Assembly (NCBI GenBank): GCA_000934665.2
Contig: KZ538180.1
Coordinates: 1-64,000 of the forward strand
Length of the DNA: 64,000 nt
Reading direction: 5' to 3'
Source of the DNA: Catajapyx aquilonaris
Lineage: Eukaryota
This document shows, piece by piece, positions 1 through 11,455 of the stretch. The position numbers and the translations under genes are program-made. Each line of letters starts with the position of its first letter. The stretch's first letter is position 1. The notes under the pieces were generated by a model. The model saw nothing but the letters and a program-made list of their open reading frames with translations, was not told the origin of the DNA and did no database searches.

Positions 1-1681
1 AAGATTACAAAAATGGCTCCCAGGCTAAATTTCATCCTTAGGATGTCAAAAATGATCTGCGATCATAAAAAAAAGGTCCCCTCAAAAAACGCACGGGATT
101 CGGTTTCTCGACCGGACTATTTGCATAGAAGCTGGCTCACTATTATTTAATTTCAGCCCCAGCCTCGGGTCAATATATCGCTGAAATCACAGCCTTTACA
201 CTGCAGAATTTACAACATCCATCAAAAGAAAAGTGGGTGCATGGCTCCCTTGCATTTTGGAGATAGTGGTCACCTGAATCAGCCAGCGATGGAAAGTGCC
301 CGGAGATGAGGTCATTTCTTCAGGCCCCCGGAAAATAGTTGGGTGCTCCAACCATGGGAGGCCCCTAATGGATGCTCCGGGCTTGTTTGTTTTAAATATA
401 CGGATAATGAGAGCAGGCCGGACTCTTACCTCGAGGGGGTGGCGACACCTCCCCCAGAAATTCTACCCACCCTCCAAACACCCGTAAATGCACTCTCTTT
501 ACGGCCTGATATTAGCCTCATAAATCCCAACACGCAGGAATTAGAGATTGCTTTCTTGCGGGATGCAGACAGTAATAATACCATAACAGCGTAATCTGTT
601 TACAGAATTCCCGTGAAGGGCTATTAATCTGCCGTAAAGAGCCCGCAAGCGATGGGTCGCCCAGCTATGCATATAACGGTTTCCTAACTACTTGGGCCGA
701 AAATTAGGTGAGAAAGACCATGCGTGAATACCTCGTATATTATTAAAACTATTCCAATGTGCGGAGGACGTATTACACAAGGATTATTGGATGGCTAGGT
801 CGAAGCTACCAGGTGTCCAAATTAAAAGTTTCGCCCCACTCTCAATCACGGGCAAAGTTTGGTAATTTAGCGCCTCCCAAAGGTGGGCTTTGTGGCGAAC
901 TTTCCTTGCACTTCCGTTTACTCTGGGAGTTGTTTACTAATTAAGATAAAGTTACACCTGACAAGTTCTGCAAGATGGAAAGGAGTAGAGGCAATAATAA
1001 AACATGGTGCTACTCCCTTTCAAGACAAGGGGGCTATATGCTCCAAAAATCTTCCTTCCCGTTATTACAGAATGCTGCACGTCGCCACTTTTCATGTCTG
1101 TAATTGCTGGAAATTTTTCAAGCTCTGCAAAAAAAAAGGTGTCAGGCATAAGTAATATCCAGGATCCAAATGAAGACCCTTGCCCAATCAGCAGAGATCC
1201 ACGCATCAATATTCGTCGCCAACAGCTTCCTTCCTTTCAAACTCCTCCTTCTTCCCCCCCTTTATCCTTCCCCGACTCTGATATCAAATTTCATGGTTTC
1301 ATTAATTCATAGCTGGTTTGCCATAATTTGTCAGGCGGGCTCGTTGGCTAATTTCCCCTGCGCCCCACCGCACTTCTCCAGGGCGCAGGTAATGAAAAGG
1401 CGGCTTCAGCATCCGGAAAAGTCCCTTCTGGAAAATCCAGGTCCTCAAGGAGGAAACCTCAAGATGCAGGCGCCTACATTATCCACACCTGCCCACAACC
1501 TGTAGGAACTTGCTTAGAGAGGAGTGACCTGGAAGAATATCACTTGTTTATTCCTGGTAGTGAACCAAAATTTGGCAACACTGCCAAGCCCGCTCCCCAA
1601 CTTGGACGTAGTACAATATGCCACAACCAGATGGTGCTGTTTCAACGGAACAAAGTTACCCCTAGCCAATTCTATATATGA

Positions 1682-2263
1682 TTTTTAAGACTTTTTCGCA
1701 TAAAAAGTCTTATATAGAATGGTTCTGTCCGTCTGTCTGTGGACAGGGCCCATTGGCCCAAACCTTAGGATATAGCGAAAAGCGGTTTTCGGATTCGAAT
1801 TCAGCTGACCCTAAATATGTTTCATGCCCGACTTAAGGCCCATTCACACAGGCCGTCGACGGTTTAGGTTTTTGGTCGCGTTGACGCCGCGGACCAATCA
1901 TGACTCATGTAAACAAGCACAACCCATTGTTTAGAGCTTGTTTACATGGGTCATGATTGGTCCGCGGCGTCAACGCGACCAAAAACCAAAACCGTCAACG
2001 GCCTGTGTGAATGGGCCTTAAACGGTGACCGGCCACTTCCGGTTTTCCGTCAAGTCTACACCTTGGTCTACACCGTATAAATTAATATTTCCTTGGGTTG
2101 CTTTGCAACGGGAAATGAGACTGACACCATTCTATGTCATTGTTGTCCAGTTAGAATCGTATCGTATTTTATCGTATTCAACAAAGCTGTCAGTCTCATT
2201 TCCCTCTGCCCAATAAGGAAAAGTCTACTCGAATCACGACTCACATGATTTGCCAATCTTGTT
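1682..2263 (+). mobile_element. DINE-1/HINE-like non-autonomous Helentron, copy 1 (apparently full length, carries a nested MITE)
   Basis: Starts in a T-run. 5' hairpin TAAGACTTTTT-cgcat-AAAAAGTCTTA (1686-1712); (GTCY)n-type microsatellite CTGTCCGTCTGTCTGT (1725-1740); 3' subterminal repeat AAAAGTCT (2219-2226) inverted to the 5' arm; 3' stem-loop AATCA..TGATT; terminal TCTTGTT. Blocks such as CGGTTTTCGGATTCG, GGTGACC.G.CACTTCCGGTTT, CATTGTTGTCCA and TGATTTGCC.ATCTT are shared with 5836-6160 and/or 24360-24585. This architecture matches DINE-1/HINE elements. Confidence 0.75.
1837..2017. mobile_element. 181-bp fold-back MITE with TTAA target-site duplication (Kolobok- or piggyBac-type TSD)
   Basis: 82-bp inverted arms (1837-1918 and 1936-2017) with 3 mismatches and a 17-nt spacer. 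Termini GGCCCATTCACAC...GTGTGAATGGGCC; TTAA at 1833-1836 and 2018-2021. Absent from the homologous position of the other HINE copies. Superfamily is inferred from TSD and RR termini only. Confidence 0.9.
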
Positions 2264-2673
2264 CAGTATGCTATGCTTGTCACGTAACACTTAAATGTTA
2301 GCGAAATTTTCATATTATTGGATGATTTGCGAGAGAAATTTCCCAGCGACGAGCGCCCCCCTTCCCCTGAAATGATATCCCGATACTGCATTATACGTAC
2401 AGTTTTTGCCCTGCTGCATGCACTACTACACTCCGAGCAGTTAGGTGCAGCCCATGCCAACATCACATATGAAGCGGGACAGCCAACCGCCGGAATGGAA
2501 GGAGTGCGGTCGTTTGCAGTTTTGGGGTCGGGATAATGGTTGGCCAATCCTGCCAGACTTTGGACTTTACCAAGCAACCCTTGGAAATGGGCCGGACCGG
2601 GTTTCGCATCCATAACAAGCACCGATTTTTTTGGGGAGGTACAAAGTGTGTGCAACAACGATGATGCTCGGTA

Positions 2674-2732
2674 CAGGGTGAGTCACATTGGCTTACATTT
2701 TGCTGCCTAGTGTGCAGTTTTGACTCGCCCTG
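2674..2732. mobile_element. Tiny Tc1/mariner-like MITE relic (CAGGGTGAGTCA termini)
   Basis: TA + CAGGGTGAGTCA ... TGACTCGCCCTG, an 11/12 inverted match. Same terminal sequence as 16901-16979. Right flank is TG, not TA. Confidence 0.5.
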
Positions 2733-3016
2733 TGGCTGCAACAATATGCCAACTGGGGATTAGTCGCATCCGACGCTTGCCAGGAAGCCGGCCACAAATA
2801 ATATCAGCACGCAACTAGAGGTGAACTAATCCCCTCTTTTTGTGTCGCGACGAGAAGAGACCAACGCCCACAAAAACCGGGTCCAGCTTAGTCGAAGCGT
2901 GTCCACGCCAGAAATTGTCAAACTGAGCCCATCGCAGAGGATGGGACGGACTAGCACCCGAAAAAATGCAAATCTGCCGCCGGAAATACTGTCAGGCAAA
3001 CAGACCCGAGCGCCAT

Positions 3017-3020
<4 letters not shown>

Positions 3021-3050
<30 letters not shown>
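3021..3050. repeat. (TC)n microsatellite
   Basis: 15 consecutive TC units. Confidence 0.95.
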
Positions 3051-3053
<3 letters not shown>

Positions 3054-4659
3054 CACTCTCTCCCTGCCCACGCTCTAACTCTAACTCGCAAATAGACTGA
3101 CAGGCGTGACTCGGCGTTGGCTGGCTGCAAACAGCCAGTGTCTGCTGTGTACTCTTGCAATTATTAGCCCCGTGGACTTGCCACCAAACTTTCTTCTAAG
3201 AAGCGGAAAAGGCTTTAATCCCCCTCCCTGAAAATGGAAAGACTGCATTAAGTTGCACCTCATTAAAAAGAAAATTTTCCCTTTTCTTTTTTTCAACATC
3301 AAAGCCAGCATCCTGCAGCGTCTTTTTTTATACTTCGTTAGTATTCGACTTTTTCCAAGCATTAAATATCATTACTAAGGGGAAGTGGGTGCTAGTTTGA
3401 AGAAAGCGTGGAAGCACACATGCACATAAGCAGGATGTTGCGGGGGCCAATTACGGCCAATTTGAGGGATCCTTGACTGCAAGCAAAAGTGCTTGACAAG
3501 TTGGTTCCCATGTAAACAGACTCGGGATATTTGGGGATGAGCGAGGACTTTGGTAGTAAACAGGACGCGATGGGGATGGGAAGGAAGAGGGGGAAAAAAA
3601 GTTGGCAATTGATTGAACAGACTTTGGCCTCACCCCTAGAATCTTCTGAAGCCTGTACAAGGCTCTATATCTATAGTCGCAGTTTCTCCAGTTGGAACGG
3701 ATCCGGAGTGAGTTCTAAGATGTGATTTTCATCCTTTTCAGTGTACCCTGCTGTCATCCACTTATATCTTGGAAAACGAAGTGAAATTTGACTTTCCTCG
3801 CGTAGTTAGCGGAGGAGGTTTGCAAGAAGCAGCCTTCCTTTCCTTTTCCCACTGAATTGCGGGCGTTTCATCATCCTTTTCAATGCACCGTTTGCTTCAG
3901 GAGATGTAACCGCTGTGAACAAGCTGGCTTTTATAAAGAAAGTTTGCTCAGGGCCTTTAGTTAATGCGATTAGTACATACCAGTAATAGCACGCAGGCTG
4001 ACTCATGAGGAAAAGTAAATAACGTACGTAAGTTTGGCTCATCTTAATGTGATGGAAGCTACACGTACAGTATCTAGTTATGATTTCCATCTGAAACATT
4101 CATGTGTTTGCTTACTGGATTTAGGTCGGTTTTCTGGTGAGCTCTGTAGTATTTTAGCGGCTCCGTTTTTAGCCCAAAAGAATGCCCTTTTCGGCAGCAG
4201 GCTGCAGCTACCTGTCTAACCTGACCTCACGGATAAATTCAGCTTCAGCGAACACTCTTCAACTTCAGTGACAGTCAGCCTCCCAAAAAATTTCTTCCTT
4301 TTCTTCACATCCTCCGCATGGAATAGCCACAGAAAATGGAAGCTAACCCCCAGCAGGAACTCTGCCCGTCTTTTGCTTCTCTTTTTTTCTCCAGGCCTGA
4401 ACATTTTCTAGGGCAAGCGAAAGCGACAAGCCGGAGGCGCGCACGATTTAAGAGATCAACGGCGCCAACTACAAGTTTCGGGGGCGTTAACATCGTGTGA
4501 GATGGCCGTTCCATCCCGCACCTGCAGCCTCTAAGCCCGTCTCCAGACCCCTGAGTTATGAGCCTGGCGCTTCTCCACATCCTCTTCCTCCAAAGTCTTG
4601 GATCTCCAGAACCCATAACGGATATTTATTTTCAGGGGAGGGGGCCTATAATCGCCAGC

Positions 4660-4685
4660 CACACACACACACACACACACACACA
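4660..4685. repeat. (CA)n microsatellite
   Basis: Direct reading of a CA run. Confidence 0.95.
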
Positions 4686-5518
4686 AAAACAACTACATAT
4701 GGCATAATGGGCCCAAAAGTTTGTAACCTCTGATCCTTTTCATGGGGACGGAAAATAAAATTTCTCAAGAGTTGGACACTGAACCGGAACTGTAGCCAAC
4801 CTTTTGTGCAAGGTTAGCTCTCTACCCTGGCTGGATTAAGGTGGCGTTGTGAAGAGAAAGAGAGAGAGGGAGAGAGCTATATATAGACCGCAACGAGCCA
4901 ACTTTTCTAATTATTTCGGAGAGGGAAACCCGCAAAATAACGACCATACAACCTGTTTCCTGCAGGATCTGAATGGGTAACTTTGGAGGTACACGAAGTT
5001 TGTGCCTCCCGAAGAGCTTAGTGAGGAGAGCTCTTGCCTCACTTGACTCACATAGGAGCTATCCTTCTCTCTCCCATTCCCTCCCTCCTGACTCTCATTT
5101 CTGCTACCAAGTTGTGAAGAAGCCCAGCCTTTCTTGCATTGGGAAGCAGGAAAAGCCCTGGAGCGAAGATTGGGCGACGGTGGCAAAGATGACGAAGGCG
5201 ACGACCTCCTTTCTTCGAAACCCTCCCCAGCCTCTCTCCAGGACCATTAAATCATTTCACGTGGTGCAAAGTTGGCGACCTCTCCGTCAATATTTAGACA
5301 TTTTCTTGCCTGCCGCCAGCTTCGTTCTGCGGGGTTATCGAGTTAGAATTCCAGCAGTGTGTATACTACTTGCCAACAAGTTTTGGAAATTTGCTTTCAT
5401 ATTAAATATTGCAGAAGGGGTATTCATAATGATGCTGACAGATGTTTAGACCGTATTCTTGCTCATTACAATGTTGAAGTGAATGTATCATACTGTGAAA
5501 AAGATTGGGAACAATATT

Positions 5519-5800
5519 TTTTTTTTTTTTTTTTCATTACCCCACGGGGGGAGTTATGCTACTCCTTAGGGGGGGTGGGTTACCACCATTGGAATTTGAT
5601 TTTTGGAGCGGTGCAATGTCTCTAATCGTCATTTTGTGAACTCCCCCGGGTGGCTTAGTCTATCGGAAATTGCCACCCGAAACGAAGCCAGAGATGGCCC
5701 AACTCTGCACGAAAGAAGGTGGGAACCCCGGGTGGGGATTGAACCCGGGACCTTAACTTCCGTGGGCGCGCGCGTTACCGCGGCGCCACTCCGTCTCCCC
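5519..5800 (-). mobile_element. tRNA-derived SINE (type A), full length
   Basis: Exact 16-bp TSD GATTGGGAACAATATT at 5503-5518 and 5801-5816. Poly-T on + up to 5534 is the poly-A tail on -. The minus strand begins GGGGAGACGGAG and has Pol III A-box TGGCGCCGCGG (5788-5778) and B-box GGTTCAATCCC (5745-5735). Confidence 0.92.
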
Positions 5801-5835
5801 GATTGGGAACAATATTAAATACACCAATAATTTAA

Positions 5836-6160
5836 TTTTAGACTTTTTTTGTCGTCGATAAAAAAAGTATATTATTAGACGGCTCTGTCTATCAGTGGAG
5901 AGGTATCAGGGCCTAAACCTCAAGATATATCGACAAACGGTTTTCGGATTCGGATTCAGCATGACCAAAACAAGTTTCATAACCAACTTCCGGTGACCAG
6001 CCACTTCCGGTTTTTGCGGTCCACTTTATCCGCCTAAGGCCAGGTGTCATTGGGTTCCTTGAAAACCTGAAAGAGACTGTCATTGTTGTCCAATTTGACT
6101 TTCCTTGGCTACGAGAAAACGTCTACTCGAATGACGCTTGCGTGATTTGCCAATCTTATT
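5836..6160 (+). mobile_element. DINE-1/HINE-like non-autonomous Helentron, copy 2
   Basis: Colinear with 1682-2263: 5' ACTTTTTTT..AAAAAAAGT hairpin, CGGTTTTCGGATTCGGATTCAGC, CGGTGACCAGCCACTTCCGGTTTT, TGTCATTGTTGTCCA, GTCTACTCGAAT, 3' stem-loop AATGACGC-TT-GCGTGATT and TTGCCAATCTT end. No MITE at the internal site. Confidence 0.72.
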
Positions 6161-7607
6161 TACATTTCAAAACGAATATGACCTAATTCATAATTCCGAA
6201 TTTAAATTCCCCTGCGTATAGGAGTAGCAACAAAGCAGCAAAATTTTGTCCGGTTAGTATCAGATTCAGAAATCCACATCCAGATTATTAAGGATTTCAG
6301 ACCACGTTCATCATTTTACTAACTAATCCCATTGCTGTACATCAGTTGCTGTTGCCGAATGCATCTCGCGGATTTCATAATTGACATACCCCGAATCGGG
6401 TGTTGTAAATATATCCCCCGGGTTGGCTTTTAATACATTTCGTAATTCGACGTGATTCCAAGCCGCGCATTGATTGATTCCCCTGTTTCGGCGAATGGCA
6501 GGCTAACCCTACATGGTTTCAGTTTTACGTCATTTGACTCCGGAAGCTTTCAAACAAACATCCCAATCGCATTATTAACACTACGCCGACGTTTCATTAC
6601 GTCAAGTGACCGCTCGTGCGAGTCCACTCCCTATTCCCCTAAGTTTCCTCAGATGGTTTCGACTGGGCTTTGAAGTACTTGAAATTCTCCCAGATACCTC
6701 CCATCTATAGATCACCCCCTTAAGCCAGTAGAGGTTTGATTGGCTTCTCTCCTTGGACCGTAAATGATCAGATTCGTCTCCGCGTCTGACTTTCAAGTGT
6801 GCACGTCAGAAAGCAGACTCTGCTGGGAAGGGGGGGGGGGACCATGGGAACTGAGATAAAAAAATTGGGGAGGAAGAGGAAATTAGGTGACCCTGTTGAC
6901 TTGATGAAAGGCACGACTTTCATTAGCTCCCTATATAGGAATATCCGGAGCATCAAAGTACGTTATGGGGAAGGGTTTGGAGAACCAATTCACAATTTTT
7001 TTGTGTGTGTCCTGTGTAAAGGGGAGTTTTCCTCTCTCCAGCTTCTTCCACTCTCTTTTTTTATATTGTATGAAATCTTCCTTTTTTGGGCGCAACTTGG
7101 TTGCGGGTTGGGAGCATAGCTAGCGACAATCGAATTTTGTGGCTGGAGCCGAGTTGCAAAATCATTGGGTGGAAAGGCTCGGGCGTAGGTGCACATCCTT
7201 CGGCATCATTGTCTTCCTTCCTTCTGGAGACTGGCTGTCCGGAATGAGAAATCTTCCGCCCGGATGCTCGCATTCAGGAGCACCCGAGGCGAAGACGTCC
7301 TCATTCCTCACCTCGCTTCCTCCCAACGGCACCCCTTTCAAGCTATCCACCGGCTATCAATATGTGCTGTTTGCCTGACTCCCGCATCACAAACGCCATT
7401 CATCCCTCCTCCTTGCCACCCCCACCCCCCCTTTGGCTCGTAATAAGAGACATCATTTGAACATAAATGGGGCATCTATTGGGAGGAAAATGGGGACACA
7501 TTTGGAAGAAATATCCTGATCGGATATTCACGGGATGGATAGTGTTGAAGGCGCTTAAATAAAAGGGTGAATGTATGCTATATAGGTGCCAAATATTGAA
7601 AGAGAGT

Positions 7608-7955
7608 GGGGGAGGTGTGGTGGCCGTGATGGTAACGTCACGGCTTGCTGAGTGAAAGGCCCCAGGTTCGATCCCCGCCTGGGGAACTTTCCTTTCGCCT
7701 GCGTCAGGAGGGTCTCTGACCTGCACCAAGGAGGTGTCTGGCAACCTAACCTCCTGGGGGACAGCACATGACCCAGTTGTTGACATTGCACTTGCACCTA
7801 CGTTCCCTCCCCAAAAATCCCTTCCCCTACCCGACATCCTTGACTCCTTGCACCGGTGTATGAAGAAAAGTGTAATACAAATAGAAAACTGATGGTGGTG
7901 AGCCACCCCCCTATAGGGCTTAGGCCCACAACGGGGTACATAATAATATTAAAAA
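7608..7955 (+). mobile_element. tRNA-derived SINE (type B), full length, related to type A
   Basis: TSD AAATATTGAAAGAGAGT(G) at 7591-7607/8 and 7956-7972/3. A-box TGGCCGTGATGG (7621-7632) and B-box GGTTCGATCCC (7665-7675). A-rich tail ATAATAATATTAAAAA. Confidence 0.92.
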
Positions 7956-8794
7956 AAATATTGAAAGAGAGTGAAATTTGGCAGCACCGCCGACTGTGGA
8001 CATAGTACATGTGTGTTACATAGGTGGCACACTATACTGATGACTCACCGCGGACAAACAGATGCACATAGCCAAGATGTACGCCATTGAATGGCCATAA
8101 TGTGTTAGAAACATTCAAATTTTAAACAGCCAAAGAGGACCTGTGTTTCCGAAAATGATCCCGGTGTGTGATCCGCTTTAGGTATAATTTCAGTGTGTTC
8201 TGTGCATTGACTTTTTTGGGCCTCCAATACTAGCTTATTCACAATTAAACACAGGGAAAAACTCTACCTAGTTTCAGGCAGAGCTGGATAGGAGCTTTCC
8301 CAATAAAGCTGGATACAAACTAATTCTCGGATTTACAACCACGCTTGTTAATTGGGTAGATTAGATTTTTTCCCCGGAATACGTTCAACTTGGCACGTTA
8401 CACGATGCGGGCCACCACAGCGTAGGTTAAACAGTTACAAGCCCGTTACAAGATTTTCCAGAGCCCAAACTGTGAAACATAGAGTTCACTCCATGAATAA
8501 TCATACACTGTGTACTTGTTCGGGGGAGGGGACTATGCATTTTTAGAGGGCTTGTTTTCCAGCAGAAGAGGATGGGGGGAGGTTATCCGGATGAAGCCAG
8601 TTTTCGACTATAAGCTGACATGCTCATCCAATATGCCCCATCCCGTAAGTGAGGTGCTTCGCCGAATGAGTAGTCCAGAAATTGAATAACCCAATCAGGA
8701 ATGGAATTTTCGAATCATTCGGGTACCAGAAGTGATAGACCTAAAACCTTCTAATGCAAATGAGTGCACACATCATCATCACCCTATTACTATA

Positions 8795-8867
<73 letters not shown>
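8795..8867. repeat. (TAT)n microsatellite
   Basis: About 24 perfect TAT units; explains the poly-Asn end of ORF 8790-9218. Confidence 0.97.
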
Positions 8868-8869
<2 letters not shown>

Positions 8870-11330
8870 ACGTTGTAAGCTGAGGCCATGGGAGGCAACA
8901 GGAGCGTTGGAAGCATAATGAAAAGACCGTCCTTTCCGCATATTTCGATAATAGAGCACCACTAATCCGGAACTTATGGCTGCTGTAACCGAGTTCCACA
9001 AGACACGAAATTGGCAATCGTTCAAATGGAGAGGAGAAAAGAATGGAGGCCTGGGGAGAGGAAGGGGGTGGGGGGAGGAGAAAGGGAGGGTAGGGGAGGA
9101 CCAATCCCTTTTTCGGCCTTACTGTAAAATCAATTGATTTATCGGCTTTTCCTAATTTTACTATGCCGTCTACCACCAGAATTTCTCCCGGCCCAGAAAC
9201 TCCGCGTAATGACTGCAATCAATAAAGTAACTAATTAATACAGTAACAGAGGGGGAAAAATGACGCGCACATTTCATGCAGAGCTCCAGATTATAATTTA
9301 CAAAATATTAAATTACTTTGTCACAACGCAACTGTATAACACAGCTTAGCTGAACCCTACAGTTCTCATGTCATGAGGATTATCCTGGAGCTGCTTGGTT
9401 TGATTAACCCGACAGTACAGCTCCTGGTATATCTCTATACGCCATCACAATAATTATTTTGCAGAAGAATAATATAAGCTGTAAAACGGCGCAGAAGCAA
9501 AAATCGCAAGTACACGCTCTTCCATCTGCTCTATATAGCTAATAACAATTAGTACTTTAGTGCCGCAGTATTATTCGAAAATGTTAAAGCACCCTGTATA
9601 CGTACAACTCAACATCACAAAGGCACGTCCGCCTGTCAGGATCTTGATCCAAACCAGATGTTACATTATTACCCTGCCCTGTGGTCAATATTAGCTACAC
9701 AGAAGCGGCAACGTGACTGACTGCACATCATCCAAGTAAAACCGCCATGAGAGCCAGGCTATTATTATGTGTATCTATATCAGTCCGAGCGAGTGACTGG
9801 CTGAATGACAAATAACCGAATTCACATTCCTGTCTCTCTCTTGTGTTCAAAAGCGAAAATCGATCCATCTCGTCTCTCTCTCCCTCCTCCACACAGCATC
9901 CAGAAGGATTCCCCCTCCGCTTAGGTTATGTGCCACTATATGAGCCGACTTTTGTGACTCGGCTAGAATTGCAAATATCAGAAAATGGGAATAATAGTAC
10001 AAAAAAAGGGAGGGGTGCGAGGGAGTGTGCCAAAAAAGGCGGAGTGACAACACCCAGACGGTGATCTGTGGGTGTGTTTGGTCAACGCAAGATAAATTTT
10101 ACTTTTCCTCTCAACAGGGGGTTGGGACCCCAGCTGTTTCGTTATCACCCATCTGGCGCTATCAGGGGATGTCGGCACGTGCCATAATTCTGCAAAGTGT
10201 CATCCTCACACGGGCGCCAACCATTCATCGATACGCATCAGCCATAACTAACCATACATAAAAATGGGGACTGGGATAAAAAAAAAATCCCGAGAAGATC
10301 GGAGCCCGCCGAATTAGCCGCACATTTCCAGTCGGTTGGACTACTGAAGAGGGTTCGGACAAAGTGTCCAATTCCGGCTCCGATTGGACGAAGCTCCCTT
10401 TTTTCTACCTTATTTCTCCAGACCCTTTTCTGGCGTCAAGCAGCTGCGGAGATGAATGATAATGCGGCGATACCGCAACGAGCGCCTTTCCGCCATTCCT
10501 GGGTCCGCTTGATACGACGCCGTTAAGATGGCCCATAAAGTGGCGGAGGAAATTGCGCATAACGTGCGAGAAACCCCCGTCCTTTTTTTTTTCTTCTTTC
10601 GAAAACGTAAACATTTCCTTTCTCTATGCCGCTTGCCAGAACAAGTGACATTAACAGGCATTTTCTAGCACCCGGATTCGGGGGGCTCTCCGGATGTACA
10701 AAAAATAAACCCAGGCAATATCATGTGTTTCGGATTCCACTCCAACGCGCCGGAAACGTGTAATGGTTCCGAAATATCGCATTTTTTTCGGTGCAGGTCG
10801 TTGAACAATGGTCATCGAACAACGGAAAAGTCACTTTTTACGACTTTTGGCGAACGTACACTCATATGCAGTTTTCCTATCCGAGTTGTTGCGTGCAGAA
10901 GGTTCCCAAATAACCAATCGCATGGATCGAGGCAATATAAGCCGGACCTTGCTAACGCACTGCTATCGTCACTTTAGGGTCCCGCAAAAGCTTGGGCGTG
11001 TGAGAGATTGCGTTAACACACAAACTGCAGAGCTAGCCCTTGGTTTTTGGTCCCCTGCTGCACGCCACGGCCCCATTTTTATGCCCCCGCAATGTGGGTC
11101 TCCACACTCAACAATATTCCAAGCCACCTTGACCCAATGTGAGGCAAAAACCAGGATTGTAAAAATGAATGGTGGAGAGTACTGCCGAGTAAGATGGTGT
11201 GCAAACAGAATAATGCGCTGGAGGGGACATCAGGAAGTGGACCAAGTTGCAATTGCTGGGTTTCGACTGGAGCTTCAAGTGTGTGGGCGTCAAGTGCACT
11301 TTTAGTTCCCTAAGTAGATCGACATGCTAA

Positions 11331-11455
11331 GGGCCGGTTTCACCGAGCTTGGTATATGATAAAACCAGGTTTCTTTAGGAAAATCCATACAAATAGATAG
11401 GGATTTTGAGAAATACCCTGGTTTTATCATATACTGAGCTCGGTGAAACCGGCCC
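11331..11455. mobile_element. PIF/Harbinger (Tourist-like) MITE, 125 bp
   Basis: 39-bp TIRs GGGCCGGTTTCACCGAGCT..TATATGATAAAACCAGG (11331-11369 vs 11417-11455, 2 mismatches), flanked by a TAA direct repeat (11328-11330, 11456-11458). A TWA TSD with GGGCC termini is typical of PIF/Harbinger. Confidence 0.9.

Noticed and set aside
486..506. TAAATGCACT... resembling the start of miR-277
   Set aside because: No complementary arm nearby, so no precursor hairpin.
1572..1583. TTGGCAACACTG, like a common DNA-transposon terminus; also lone CACCCTG/CAGGGTG ends near 9590, 37202, 53268 and 59268
   Set aside because: No partner TIR or TSD could be identified, so no element can be delimited.
4939..4955. 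AACGACCATAC resembling the 5S rRNA 5' end
   Set aside because: Similarity stops after about a dozen bases; no internal control region or remaining 5S sequence.
5719..5800. Possible functional tRNA gene (likewise 7608-7690)
   Set aside because: A/B boxes are present but there is no proper cloverleaf; each is followed by a body and A-tail and bracketed by a TSD, so they are SINE heads.
7162..7350. Minus-strand peptide RKTMMPKDVHL resembling the histone H3 C-terminal motif RVTIMPKDIQL
   Set aside because: Only ~11 residues; the upstream sequence shows no histone-fold similarity and the ARRIRG continuation is missing. Treated as chance.
7400..7906. 168-aa minus-strand ORF
   Set aside because: Runs antisense through SINE B; the AGIEPG peptide is just the translated B-box.
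8790..9218. 142-aa ORF ending in poly-Asn
   Set aside because: The tract is the (TAT)n microsatellite; the rest has no recognisable protein features.
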